From positions 33,418,001 to 33,482,000 of the forward strand of contig OZ024742.1 of assembly GCA_964016885.1 (NCBI GenBank): a stretch of DNA of 64,000 nt, written 5' to 3'. The translations under genes and the position numbers were made by a program. Below, in pieces: positions 46,901 through 61,900 of the stretch; position 1 is the stretch's first letter, and the number at the start of each line of letters is the position of its first letter. The notes beneath the pieces are model-generated. The model was not told the origin of the DNA. It made no database searches and worked only from the letters and a program-made list of their open reading frames with translations. This DNA is from Eledone cirrhosa (Eukaryota).

Positions 46901-49900
46901 AAGATGTCATCTTCAGTGAACATTTTAACCCTTTAGCATTTAAACCAGCCGCATTGGGCCAGAATTCTCCTCTTTTAGTTCAAACTGGCTGTAACTAGCC
47001 CCTCATACAGATGTTAAAGTATTGTTCTCAAAATAATATCAAAAGTTCATAGATTCAATATTATGTGAGATATTATAATAATAATGAAATTATTGTGTAA
47101 AGTGCTCAGGTGCACTACAACTTGTTAAAGGTGCATGTATAGTACATAGAATAATATACAAATGTCAGGGAAGTGAATAGTGTATGAGTCATGATATACA
47201 TGTGTGTATGTGTATGGAGGGGGGACATTAGGTGTAGTGTTGGCAAATCTCGGGAAGCATGGAGGTTTTAAAGGATACAGTGTCTCGACAGCAAACAACT
47301 GATGCAGGTAGTTTGTTCCATGCTTCAGCAACTATGAGCGTGAAAAAATGTTTCCAAAAGTCATGGGAGCTGTGTTGTTTTCTGACTTTGTTGGCATGCC
47401 CACATGTGTTAGCCACATGGAAATCAAAAAGGTACTCAGGGTTGTTGGCAAGATGGTTAATCATTTTGTGGGTGTTTACCAAGTCAGTTGCCAGGTGTCG
47501 AAGCTTCAATGTATCCGTGCCCAGGGAAGCAAGGCGTTCAGAGTATGGTAGATGTCTGATGGAGGGTATTCGATTGGCTGCACATCTCTGAATAGTTTCC
47601 AGGCGGTCAATGTTCTGAGCAAGATAGGGGTTCCAGACTGGTGATGCAAATTCTAAGTGTGGCCGCACCATAGCCATGTACAGCTTTAAATAGATAGCTG
47701 GAGAGCGGCTGACAAAGGTGTTGCTGAATGATGCTAAGACACCCTCGGCCCTCTTGACAATTTTAGAGACGTGCTTCGTCCAACGCAAATCGCTGCTGAC
47801 CGTAATGCCCAGGTCACGTTCACAAGAAGACTTCTTGATATTAGTGCTGTGGAGGGAGTATGTGGACGCTGGGTTTTTACTCCCAAATGCATGGTGGTGC
47901 ACTTGTCCACAGCTAGCTTGAGTTGCCAGTCTGAGATCCATTGTTACATTGTGTCCAGGTCAGACTGCAAGCAAGATCTATAGTGTTCAGGATCTGTCCT
48001 TTTTATCTCAAGGTACAGCTTGATGTCATCTACGTACTTAAGTACTGTGGCATTCTTTAAGTTGGAATCTATGTCATTAATATATGCCACAAACAAAAGG
48101 GGGCCAAGAACAGATCCCTGTGGTACACCAGATGACATCTCATATGGTGAGGAATGCTGTAAGCTAAAGCCTTTACTGCAAAAATACAATAGTATATATA
48201 GAGTAATGTAAATGCTAAAGGGTTAAGGTAATCTTTTCCCTGATAAGGCAAGGGTTAGTCATGTAGGCTGCATGAAAGTCTTCATGTTCACCAGAGGGAT
48301 CCTTTTGAAGGCAACGTTTTATATCCTTATATCTCCTTATATCCTTCCTGGCATCAATCCTTTTAGCCACCTCATATGTCACATATTGTCACATATGTCA
48401 CATACTGTAGGGATACACATAGTGTCACATATGTCACACACTGTAGGGATACAGTGTACCTTTTCTAAACCAGATACACACAGTCATCATTATCTTATGT
48501 CCACTTTCCATATTGGCATGGACTGAACAGGTCACTGTCTGAGACCGAATGAGGGGAGTGACCTCATCTTTTTCATATGCTCCAAATTTGCCATGCTTTC
48601 GTCAGCTTGTTATCCTTCCTAACACCAACCACCTTACAGAGTGTAGTAGGTGCATTGTTTCATGGCACTACCACTTTACACAGTGTGCTGGGTGTGTCTT
48701 ACCATGGTACCAGCCCTACCACTTTACAGTGTACTGGGTGTGTCTTATCATGGTACCAGCCCTACCACTTTACAGTGTACTGGGTGTGTCTTATCATGGC
48801 ACCAGCCCTACCACTTTACACAGTGTACTGGGTGTGTCTTATCATGGCACCAGCCCTACCACTTTACATAGTGTACTGGGTGTGTTTTATCATGGTACCA
48901 GCCCTACCACTTTACACAGTGTACTGGGTGTGTCTTATCGTGGCACTAGTCCTACCACTTTACACAGTGTACTGGGTGTGTCTTCTCGTGGCACCAGTAC
49001 TAGAGAGGCTGCCATATATTCATCCAGACTGAAGAGTCTTCTCAAAACCTATATTGTCTCTGTTCACATTGAAAAGTATATAAAAGTCATAGTAAATAAT
49101 TCCTTACATGATTCTGGAATTCTATAGGTGATATTTCTGTATCCATTTCAAAAACTTTCTTGGAAAACAATGCTTTTGCAGCAATAATCAAACCATCAGC
49201 TGTCTGTGCCATTGGACCAACAGATGGGCCAACTGCAATTAGATTATTAATTAATAACATAATTGTTATAATTAGGCATGGTTGTGTGGTTAAGAAGTTT
49301 GCTTAACAACAACATGCTTCGAGTTTCAATCCCAGACCACTTCATCCTGGGCAAGTACATTCTACAATAACTGCAAGTTGACCAAGACTTTGTGAGTGAA
49401 ATTTGGTAGATGGAAATTATGCAAAGCCCTGTACACATAATTGCACCCACATCTCTCTCTCCCTCTCTCTATATATATATACATACACACACACATATAT
49501 ATGTGTGAATGTTTGTGTGTTTGTGTTGAACAAAAATATTTTGTAGTATTCATTTGCGATGAGTTACATCCCTCTATGCTATTTTATAAAGGAGAAGGAT
49601 CAAACCAGCATCCGACAAAATACTAGGGTTGATACATTTAACTAAAACAGAGCGATGCTCCAGTATGGTCACAGTCCAAAGAATGAAAGCAGTAAAGGAA
49701 TGAAAGATTAACCATGTTAGCTAAATTTGACAATTTACAATTATTTCACAACAGAAAATTTAATAAAAAAAAACAAATGTGTGCTGTCGTTCAACCACAG
49801 GTCAGTCCTACTCGAGTAACCAAAAACATTCCGGTCATAGCCATCTCAACTTTAAAGTGTATTTAGGACTATATTATCCAATATGTTTTGCCCTTTTTAA

Positions 49901-52900
49901 AAAGATGATTAAGGATCTAGAACTACATTTGTCTGATTTCCTTGGTAGGCTTTAACTATTTCTTGTAGATCAAGTAACTACATAGAGTGCCCTCATCAGC
50001 TCATGCCATCAATTTAAAAAAAAAAATGGAGGTGAGAAGAAAAAATAATATAATTCTTACTTAGATTTTGTTTTTTGCTCAATTGAAATATGCTTCCCGT
50101 CCTACAATTGGGATTAAAAAGTAAATTCATTAAAATTCATGATAATTGCTGGCCTTATGCCGAAAGAAGAAACAATTATTAAATATCAACCAAGATATAA
50201 AAAACTTCAATATGCAATAAACATATGTACATAAATTGTAGCGCTTATATAAATAGATGTGTGCTTTGGAAGTTTGAGTAGAAAAATATAGTTATTGGAA
50301 GGGGGTGGGAGCATGCCTCCCTCCCCCCAATTCCACTGCCCCTGAAATATATTTCTAAACAATATTAACAAATGTTTGAAGGCCATTTTACCAGTTAAAA
50401 TTATGGTTAACTTGCTGGTATTAAAGAAATATTGTAGGGGAACCTACAGTGCCAACAAGGTTTGAGGAAAACATTTTATAGACTTACCCCAGACGTGTAA
50501 CAGTTGTTTTTAATCCATAAATACCACAAAAGTGGGATGGACAGCGAATGCTACCACCTATATCTGTTCCTATTCCCAAAATTGATCCACCGTAACCTAT
50601 GAGAGCTCCTTCACCTCCACTGGAACCACCAGGACATCGGTCAGAATTAAGTGGGTTTGTAGTTTGTCCATATATATTATTATCACAAGAGATGCTGGAA
50701 TAAGAAATATAAAAACAAAAAGTAACAACTGATCAAAACAAATAGAAGTAATTATTCGCAAATTTATTCTTATGTAAAATGTACATAGTAACAAATTATT
50801 ATTATTAGGGCAATCAGGGCGGTGGATTGGCAGTATCGGTAGAAGGTCGGACGCCATGCTTCGACGCATAGAGTTACGCCCCTTGCCATTCTGAGTTCAA
50901 ATCCCGCTGAGGTTAACTTTGCCTCTCATCCTTACGGGGTCGATAAAATAAAGTACCAGTAATGCACTGGGTAATTGCTGGCCTTGTGCCAAAAAAGTAG
51001 AAACAATTATTAGGGCAATCAGTAGAAGGTTGGACGCCATGCTTTGCAGTATAGAGTTACGCCCCTTTACAGTCTGAGTTCAAATCCCGCCGAGGTTCAC
51101 TTTGCCTTTCATCCTTACAGGACCGAGAAAATAAAGTACCAGTAATGTCATGGGATAATTGCTGGCCTTGTGCCAAAAGTAGAAACAATTATTAGGGCAG
51201 TGGGTTGGCAGAATCGATAGAGCATTTGCTTTACAGCATAATTACGTCCCTTTAGGTTCAGAGTTCAAATCCCACCGAGGTTAGCTTTGCCTTTCATCCT
51301 TGCAGGGTCGATAAAATAAAGTACCAGTAATGCACTGTGGTTGATTTAATCGACTTTCTCCTTCACTTCATTGCTGGCCTTGTGTCGAATGAAGAAATAA
51401 TAATTGTTTCTACTTTTGGCACAAGGCCAGCAATTATCCCAGTGTATTACTGGTACTTTATTTTATCGACCCCGTAAGGATGAAAGGCAAAGTTAACCTC
51501 GATTTTACATAATGAAAGCTATACCCATTTTTGATTTTACAGATTTTACATAATGAAAACTATACCCATTTTCACAAGAGAAGACATCTCTCACCGACAC
51601 GCGAAGTGGGTGGAAGATCTCTCCGTTGGATAGGGAGAGTTGACAAGTCTAGGTCTAGTTATAGCACTTCACATTCTGAGTTCAAATCCTACTACGGTTG
51701 ACTTTGCTTTTCATCCTTCTGGGGTCAGTTATAATCGTCTTGCCCCTCCCCCTACAAGATTACTGACCTTGTGTCTAAATCATTATTATTATTGGATTTT
51801 ATTATGATGTTTTACAATGTTTTTGTTTCTGACAGGAAAATGAAAGGTTCCACGTTACCAAGAAATTAATGAAAACTTACCTCAATAAAGTCTGTGGTAC
51901 ATTTGTTCTGACAAATGGAACAGCACCAAGTTCTTTAAGACACTAAAAATGAAATTTACATATTCAACATTATTTTAATTGTACCAGCCATATAGACAAC
52001 ATTAGGTCCATTAAACCTCTCTCTCCAAGATAGCCAATAGCTGACTGAATACATTCATGTTTTTTTTCTTCCCCAATTTTGTTTTCTCATTTTCCCTATT
52101 CTTTCTTCTCTTCACTCTTTACTTTCTATTTATATTCTATTTCTTACTCTACCTTCTAATGAAGGACTAGTGTCCGACACGTTAAAACTCTCTTGCTATT
52201 TCAAGCATTAAACTAATATATTTCTTCCATTTGTTTTGTTATTTTTGTTATTGCTTTTACATACATATAATCCTATACCAATTTGGTCAATATGTACTAA
52301 CCATCACATGGTAGCTAGTACCTAAAAGTTATCAATTGATGGTTAATATCTAAAAGCCCCAACCTGATGGTTAGTACACAATAGCCACTTCCTGATGGTT
52401 AGTACTCAGCTACCACCCAAATACAACTACCTGATAGTCAGTACCCAAAAGCCATCACCTGATGGTTAATGTTCCATACTGATGGTCAATACACAATAGC
52501 CTCTTACTGATTATTAGTATTCAGCCAATATTCAATCACAACTATCTGATAATCAGTATCTAATAACCATCTTCTAACAGAGGTTCTCAAACTTTTTGGA
52601 TCACTCCCACCCTCTCATGGCCACATAATACCCTCACCGCCCCCAACCCTATTTCCAGAGAGATCTGCCTACATGCAAATTGTAAATAATATATAATAAA
52701 TTAAATCGTTAATTTATCTCTCTATATATAAAACGGAAGATGTCTGTCTGTGTGTGTGTATGATTTTTATGCATTTCCACATTTCTCTACCGATTTTGAT
52801 GATTTTTTTCCAATGTGCTCCAAATTTACCAAGGATGGTCAACACATAATAAACTTTGCCAAAAATTTCCTGCTTCTATGAAAAAAATCGACAAAACTAA

Positions 52901-55900
52901 ATACATGCTGTAACCCTCTCTCTTACACGCCTATTCACTCTCTCTATTACCCAACAGCGACAAAACTTCGTTCAGGAACGCGACATAAACTTTGAAAACT
53001 AAGCAACACATCATTTTATACAACAACATAATGCTCTCTCCGTTGCTCTTCTCTCTCTCTATAATAGATCATTGCCCCTCTCTATAATTTAACTGCTTTA
53101 CTCTCTATATGACAACACTGTTTTACACACCTCCCTATAGTTTCTTAGCTTTACTCTCTCCATCGCTCTTCCCTCTCTCTATAATAGATTATTCCCCCTC
53201 TCTATAATTTAACTGCTGCAGAAGTCATTGGAGTTCTGTATTGACATATGGCTTTTCTGGGGTATTTTAAATCGGCTTATTGCAAATAACAACCCGCAAA
53301 ATAACACTCCATATAACAAATTAATGCTATAGACATATGAATCGGAATGTTTAAATTATTTATTTTTTACGACTTTCATTGGTTAAATATTAATATGACA
53401 ACACCCATAGTGGTGTACTTCTGGCAATTCTGCCAAATACACTGCCAAGGATGAACCTTTTCCACTCGGTGTCAGATATCCCGTTCGATTTCCGGCAATC
53501 CCAATTCCCGGTGAGACCATGTTTTGCCATGTCCATTAACAAATCACAAGGGCAAACATTGTTAGTGGTGGGCATCCATTTGGGGGAGCCATGTTTCTCC
53601 CATGGCCAACTTTATGTTGCCTGTTCCCGCGTAGGGAGCAGGAATGGACTTTCTGCTTACACTCCTCAAGGAATGACACGCAATATCGTCTACAAAGAGG
53701 TGCTATAGATGTTGGTGCAGGTGTTGGAGGTGTTGGAGCTATGCCGTCAGGAAAACTATTTCCTGGTAGGGTCACCCATGGCGGACAGATCTGACACCCA
53801 GCGGCATGAGGGCCACCATCTTGCAACTTTGGTTTGCTAAATTCACTATTGGAAGATTATTAACCCATCATTGATTGTCCAAAATGCTAATTGGTTCGTA
53901 ACTTTTAATAACCGGTTCAACTGCTTTGTGCACTTAATTGATAAGCTTATTTGCTTTCAAGCCACGTTTACCTGTATGTAACTTTTCATAGCAAATGAAC
54001 AAACTCGAGCAATGCCGGGCTAAACTGCTAGTATATAATATAATATATACTAAGTATAAATAAATATTTTATATATTTATTTAACTCTATTTATATATAA
54101 TTGTTTCTATTTTTGGCACAATGCCAGCAATTATCCCAGTGCATTTCTGGTACACTATTTATATATAATATGTATCATTTGATATTTAATATGCTGTTAT
54201 ATCATCTCTACCGGCCCCAGTGCCCCACTGGACCTTCTCAACGGCCCCCTGGGGAGGTGGGGAAGTGGTGCCCACTTTGAGAACCTCTGATCTAACAGTT
54301 AATGTAGGTTAAGAATCCTTTGTCTGAAATTCCAAAATCCATGGAAAATTCCAAAAAGCCCTGTGAAGGTTTCTAGGTGATGTGCAGCTGTTGTAAATGA
54401 CCTCACTTATCCTTTGGTGGAGCTTGCCCATCCCAGTTAAGCTGGTATCAGTTTGTTTTCAGCAATTGTCATAGTAACACTGAAACATTTCTGGTTGCAA
54501 GCATTTTGGAGAAAGGATTTCTCAACATGAACTCAATAGCAAACCCTTGATGACAAGTAAATAGCCATCACCTGATGTTTAATACCCAGAAGGCATCAGT
54601 CTTAAACAAATCTACAATCCAATGTAATAATCTATATTATCCTGTAATATGGGGTCACTTTTTGATATTGCTAAGTATATATGAAAAAAAGACAGAAAAA
54701 GAAGGGAAAAGCAAGGGCTCTAGGGTCGATAATGTAAAAATACACATGTGCACCAGGTCCGAACACAGAGGAGCCAAACTCCCACTGTCATTGCCTCCAC
54801 CTTCCCTGCCCTCCCCAGTTCTCACAAGATGGCTACTACTCAGTAGCCTTCATCAGATAATACCCAATTTGAATTCAGAATGTATTTGTAAATACTGAAA
54901 AATAGGAGGAGAAAAGAACTAAGTAACATTCAAATGAAGGCATACATATAGAAAGGGAGGAGGGGGAGGCAATAAGATCAGCACTGTAATGCTGCTTTAC
55001 ATACTAAATTGTTATGGTAAAAGTAAAATGATAGAGTATTTCTCTAATAAGTATATTAACCCTTGTGAAATCATCCCATATGAGACCACTCTTATTTCTT
55101 TGTTCATACTTAAATTAAACTTCATCATGAAACCCTTTTTGTTAAGTTATATTATAAATAACGTAACTAAATCCTTGCTTATTTTCAAAATTAATTGGAA
55201 CACCCTGTACTTGTTTTTTGAAATATGGTATTGAAAGGATAGTTATGATGGGGTTTTGACCAATACAGCAGATAATTCCCAAATATGGCAAAAGGTGGTC
55301 AACAAGAAAAACAATGCACTGATATTAATATTATTATATTTCTAAACAGTAGTGTAAAAGGTTTCCCTAGTTAACATATATACAAACTATGGATTGGTGT
55401 CCCATGTTTAGACTCCTTTTATTTAATCCTTTTGTGACTATATTTCTCATGAAATACTACTCTTCCTATGTGATTGTAGTGACCTCTAGCGGTGAAATCC
55501 AGAACTCATGAGAGTTACGTCCCTTGGGGACTGTAGTGACCCCTAGTGTCAACAACAGGAGGTAATTGGAGTTACGTCCCCATGGGGACTATATATTGAG
55601 ACAGCGAGAGCGCTCTACCCCTTTTTACACAACGCAGCAGTCCTGGAATCAAGATGCAACTCTGCCTTCTCCATCTTTTAGTTCACCTACTCCAGTGAAC
55701 ATGTTAAGAGCAACTCTCTCACCCACTATGGTCTCAAACTCACCAACAGCCTCATGAAGCCACTACACAAATAACATCGTCAACCTGTACCAACTCGTGG
55801 TAATATGTCTATTGTCCTTTCTTTGACTTCAATGAAGTAAACCTTTGTATATAAACCAAAAAGCCATTCTTGTTATTTCAACAACAACTATTATCTGTAC

Positions 55901-58900
55901 TAATACCATTCTTCTAAAGTGGTGACCCCCACTTTAAAAAAAAATAGAAAAAAAAAATACGAAGTGGTATTATGAAAAAAAATTAATAGAAAACAACACG
56001 CTTTTTGATTATGATATGGCTTCATTTACCGATGACATAAGAGAAAACTGAACCCTTTGTTAAGAACAATTATGTAAATATTTTTTTTCCCTTCTTTTCC
56101 CTGCTCAAATTTTTGAAGATGTCAAGATGGCGGCTTTCTTCTTCATCAGTTTTTTTGGCACGAAGCTGTGCGCCATGTTGGTTTTTGTTTTAGGTTCGCT
56201 GTAAATGTATTGTTAATGCCATTGTTTGATTAGTCGCTCCCTTACACATTATTTCAGATACACTTGTTTTCCTGTCCGGTTGTTTGACAGAAAAAAAACA
56301 AGTGGATTTATTTTCTTTTTCCCTCGTGTTCGAGTATGTTTTTACGGAGACGCATTTTGGCCGCTTACTGAGATTGCACCAATGGCATCTCATTCTATTC
56401 TCCCTACTTACACGGGCGACGTGAAGTTATGGTTCGCTCAAATGGAAGCATTTTTCGAGGCTAACAACATTGCCAAGGCACAGCAACGTCCCCTCGTCCT
56501 TAGCGCCTCTCCTCCGGCACTTCTCTCAATTATTAAGGATCTCGTATTGGAGACACTGACTGACGCTACTTACCAGTCATTGGGGGATGAGATACTCGGC
56601 CGGACTGCACAGTCCGCCGAGAAACGTTTGAGCTCTGGTCCATTTGGAGCATATTGGGGATGGCACTCCATCGATCCTCTTACGTCGAATGAAAGACCTA
56701 ACAGAGGAGTCGGCAGCGGAAACTGCGTTGTTGAAGCAGCTGTTTTTCTCACAGCTACCGATCAACGTTCGAGCAATTTTGGCCCCCATTCTGTGGACCA
56801 ACTGGCTGCCTCTGCGGACAAAGTTTTTGAGGTCATGGGTGCTGGAGACAGCAGGGCCCTTGCCGCTGTTTCTCACCCAGCTCAGGCCACACCTGGCCAT
56901 GCCAACTGCACAGCAACTCATGCAGACAGTGCAGCTATAATGGTTATGCAGAAAGCCATTCTGGAACTCACCCTGGATCTAGAGAAGCTGAAGGCCTCTA
57001 GTGGTGCTGGTTCGCGCTCGCGCAGCCGCAGTAGATCTTACTCTTTCAGATTCCGCCCCAGGTCACCAGCTTCATCTTTATGCTGGTACCACGAGCGTTT
57101 TGCTGAGAACGCGAACCACTGTGTGCAGCCGTGTTCGTTTGTGAAGTCTGGAAACGCCAGAGAGGTTCGCTGAGGGCGGCAGTTGACCTCAGCGTAAAGC
57201 TACCAAATCGCCACTTCTTCATCAAGGACCTTATGTCTGGAAAAGGCCTCCTCGTGGATACAGGAGCCTCCTGTAGTATTTGGCCACTCCATTGCCTAAA
57301 GAATACCCCCGTGGAGTCATCTGTTACTCTGTAGGCCGTTAACCACTCGCCTATAATGACATACGGACAAATCTCGCTTCCCCTCAAATTCCAAAATCTT
57401 CGTAGGGATTTTAAATGGATTTTTACGGTCGCTGACTTGCAATACCCAATCTTAGGAGTGGATTTCCTCCAAAATTTCTCCTTGACTGTGGATGTCCGAG
57501 GCCAACGTCTGGTGGATGACATCACCGGTTTCTCAATTCATGGCCGAAAAGCCAATGCTCCAACGATCAGCCCAATATTCTTCATCGCCGCCGCTGGAGA
57601 CGCCTACCATTCGTTGTTAGGATAGTTCCTGGAGCCCACCAATGGAAATTTTCGAGTTACTGAGCCAACTCACTCAACCGAACATTTTATTTCCACAACC
57701 GGTGCTCCAGTATTTTCACGTCCATGTCGTTTACTGACGGACAAGTTAAAGGCAGCACGGTCGGAATTCGACCATATGCTACAGCTGGGCATTATTCGCC
57801 CATCTACGAGTCCTTGGGCTTCACCGTTACATATGGTGCCCAAGACTTCTGGCAACTGGAGACCCACTGGGGATTATAGGAGGTTAAACGCGATGACCGT
57901 CCCGGATAGATATCCGATTCCCCATCTCCATTGCAGGGTTGTAAGATTTTCTCCAAACTCGATTTAGTGCAAGCTTACCACCAAATTCCGGTCAGGAAGG
58001 AAGACATTCCGAAAACAGCTATTACGACTCCTTTTGGATCCTTCGAGTTTTTGACCATGCCTTTCGGACTCAGGAATGCTGCTAGCACTGTTCAGCGGTT
58101 CATAGACGAAGTCACTTGTGGTCTGGACTTCGTTTATGTATATATAGATGATCTTCTCATCACTAGTTCCTCTCCAGAAGAGCATATGCGTCACCTGAAC
58201 CTTTTATTTCGCTGACTCCATGATTACCGCGTTCGAGTGAATCCCGCAAAGTGTGTTTTCGGATCCGCTTCACTGAATTTTTTAGGTCACATCATCGACG
58301 CCGAGTGTATTCGACCCCTTCCGCAGCGAGTTAAGGCTATACAGGATTTACCTCTGCCTACTACACTTCACCAGTTGCATCACTTCCTAGGCCTAATCAA
58401 TTTTTATAGATGTTTCGTTCCTCAATGTGTAAAATTACTGTTTCCCTTACCAAGATTTTGAAAAATCGTTGTAAGAAGAATGAGGATATTTCCTTGACAG
58501 AAGGACAACTCGAAGATTTCCAGACTGCCAAGACAGCACTTGCTAATTCATCTTTGCTAGCCCACCCAGTACCAGAGGCTAAGCTTTCGCTTTGTGTTGA
58601 TGCATCTGATACCACTGTGGGAGCAGTTTTACAACCGTATAATGCTGGAAACCAACAACCTTTGGCATTTTTCTCCAGGAAGCTGAAACCAGCAGAAACT
58701 CGTTACAGCACGTTTGGTCGGGAGTTATTAGCCATATATCTGTCGTTGAAACATTGTTCTCATATTCTTGAGGGGAGAAATTTTACGGTTTTCACTGACT
58801 ACAAATCTCTGACCTTCGCTTTGAGGGCTAAAGCCGACAAATATTCACCCAGAGAGACAAGACACCTTGATTATATTTCGCAGTTTACAAATGATATACA

Positions 58901-61900
58901 GCACATTGCTGGCTCACTAAACACAGCTGCAGACACCTTGTCACGCTTGCCAATCAGCTCGATTTCGTCATCCCTGGAGATAGATTTAAGTCGTTTGGCA
59001 GCAGACCAACCTGCACTCGAATCGTTGGATACTCAATCAGCCGAATTTGCGACTTGCAACCTGAAATATCTGCCCTTCTCGACGACCAACTGGCAGATTC
59101 TCTGCGATGTATCTATGGATTCACCACAACCTTCTGTTCCTGAGACTCACCGTCGAATTGTGTTCCTTGCTTTGCACAGCATTTCTCACCCAGGATGTTC
59201 AGCCACAGTAAAGCTCATAACAGCTAGATTTTTCTGGCCAAATATGAAGCGAGAAATTACTGCCTGGTGCCGTTCCTGCATACAGTGTCAAAAATCTAAA
59301 GTCCACAGACACATCCGGACTCCACTTGGTACCTTCAGTACTCCGGATGCTCGTTTTCAACATATCCACATCGATATTATTGGACCTTGGCCATTCAGTA
59401 GTGGATATTCTTACCTTTTGACCTGCATTGATCGTTTTTCGCGATGCCTTGAAGCCATCTCCTTAAAGGACATTACCGCCGAGACGATAGCGCGTGCCCT
59501 GGTATCAGGGTGGATTGCCCGCTATGGCGTGCCAACCACAACCACATTTGAATCTCATCTTTTCTCAGAGCTGACAAAAATTATTGCCGCTCAACGTATT
59601 CGGACCACATCTTATCATCCTGCTTCAAACAGAATGGTGGAACATTTTCACCACCAATTAAAGGCCGCTCTTCGCGCCTATCCAGACACTCTACGTTGGA
59701 GCGAGTACCTTCCTATTGTGTTATAAGGAATTCGGTCATCAATAAAGGAGGACCTTGGGTTCTCCCTGGCCGAATTATTGTATGGTGCTCCTCTAGCTGT
59801 TGATCTTGCTTTTCAAGATCCTCTTTCCTACGTATCTCGTTTGTGCTCCTATTTTCAGGACTTACCGCCTATGGATACTAGGAAACAAACTATTAAAACT
59901 GCAGTCCCGAGGGATATTGCCTCGTGGACACCTGTCTTTGTCAGAAATGACGCGGTTAGTCCACCTCTCACACAACCATACTCTGGACCCTACCGTGTGT
60001 TAGCACGTACTGACAAACATTTCACAGTAGACATTAAGGGATCCAGAGAGACAATTTTGGTGGATAGACTAAAAAGGGCATACACTGACGCTCATACACC
60101 TGAGCCACAAATATCCCAATCTTTCTCTATTGTGCATACACCTGCTCCTTCTGCCCCACCTTCACCTACATACAAGACCACGACCCATTCCGGTCGAAGA
60201 GTGCACTGGCCCCAAAAACTCTGTCAGACATTTTTTATATGAACTGGCCACTATGGAGCCTTTTCTTTTTTCTTTGTATTATGTATGCATGTACCTTTTT
60301 ATTTTTTGTTATTGTTTCATACCTTTGCTTGGATCCCGTTCTTGCGGGTTCGCTACAGTTACCTTTGGGCTTTTCGCCTATCGTCTGGAGGAGGGTATTG
60401 TAGTGACCCCTTGCAGTGAAATCCAGAACTCATGAGAGTTACGTCTCTTGGGGACTGTAGTGACCCCTAGTGTCAACAACAGGAGGTAATTGGAGTTACA
60501 TCCCCATGGGGTCTATATATTGAGGCAGTGAGAGCGCTCTACCTCTTTTTACACAACGCAGCAGTCCTGGAATCAAGATGCAACTCTGCCTTCTCCGTCT
60601 TTTAGTTCACCTACTCCAGTGAACATCATCACTGTTTTACGTCCGTTCTTCCACGCTAGCATGGGTTAGACGGGTTGTCCTGTTGTGGGCAGTGTCTGGT
60701 CGGCTGACCATGCCTTGCTCATACAGGAACTGATTTGGCTTGATTTCTACAGCTGGATGCCCTTCCTAACACCAACCTCATTTACAGTGAGTGCTGGGTG
60801 CTTTTTCGTGGCGCCTACACGGCCACTTTACAGTGTGGGCTGGGTGCTTTTTTGCCGTGGCACCTCCACGACCACCTCGCAGTGGGAGGTGTGGGGGCAT
60901 ATTGTCTATATGCTTCAGCTTGTACCCATGGGAGGTCGGGTATTCTGTATTACTGCGTGACGCCAGAGGTCACAGTCGTGAGTCATCGCCTTGGAGAGGT
61001 GTAATTGGGTAAGGTTGGCTTTTATCACCTCATCCCAGGTCATCTTGGGTCTCCCCACTCCGCAGTTTCCATCGACTTCTAGGGCTCTGCACCTTTTTAT
61101 GCAGCTGTCATCCTTCATACGCATCACATGTCCATACCAATGCAACCGCCTTTCCTGCACACAGCATTTGATTCCTCTTATGCTCAGTCTCTCTCTCAAT
61201 TCATTTATGCTTTGTCAGTCGCGTATATTACTATTACACATCCATCGGAGCATGCAGGCTTCGTTTCTCACTAATCTACGTAAGTCTTCCACCTTCAGCG
61301 CCCAGGTCTCACTACCATGTAACATTGCTGTTCGGATACACGCATCATACAGTCTGCCTTTCATTTTGATGGAGAAGCCTTTTGCAGCTAGCAGTGGCAG
61401 TAGTTCCCTGAACTTCTTCCATCTCGTTCTTACCCTAGTTATTGTACTTTCTGAACACCCACCTCCGCTGCTAATTCGGTCACCTAGGTAGCAGAAGCTG
61501 TCTACTGTCTCTACAGAGCCCTCCAAGAGATTGGTGGTACTTGTTTCCTGTGGCTGTTTGCTGCTTGCTGTCCCAGTACAGCTGCTGCATGTGAAGCCTA
61601 CATTCTTAATTAAGCTTCCTGAGATCCCGCTACATCTCTTGTGTACCCATTGTTTGCATTTGGGGCAGAGAATGGAGTTCCTACCTATATCTTTCCTACA
61701 TACTGAGCAAGGCCATTTCCCTGAGGGGATCTGGGTTCTGTTTTCTCGTCTACTTACAAGGACCTTAGTCTTTGTCATGTTGACTTTGAGACCCTTTCTT
61801 TCTAGTCCCTGCTTCCAAGTTTGGAATTTCTTTTCTAGTTCTACCATAGATTCAGCTATAAGTGCGAGGTCATCAGCATACAGGAGTTCCCATGTTAAGA

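Noticed and set aside
48549-49127. 192-aa repetitive ORF ([16 protein letters not shown])n
   Set aside because: By-product of a 48-bp minisatellite, antisense to FAAH-B.
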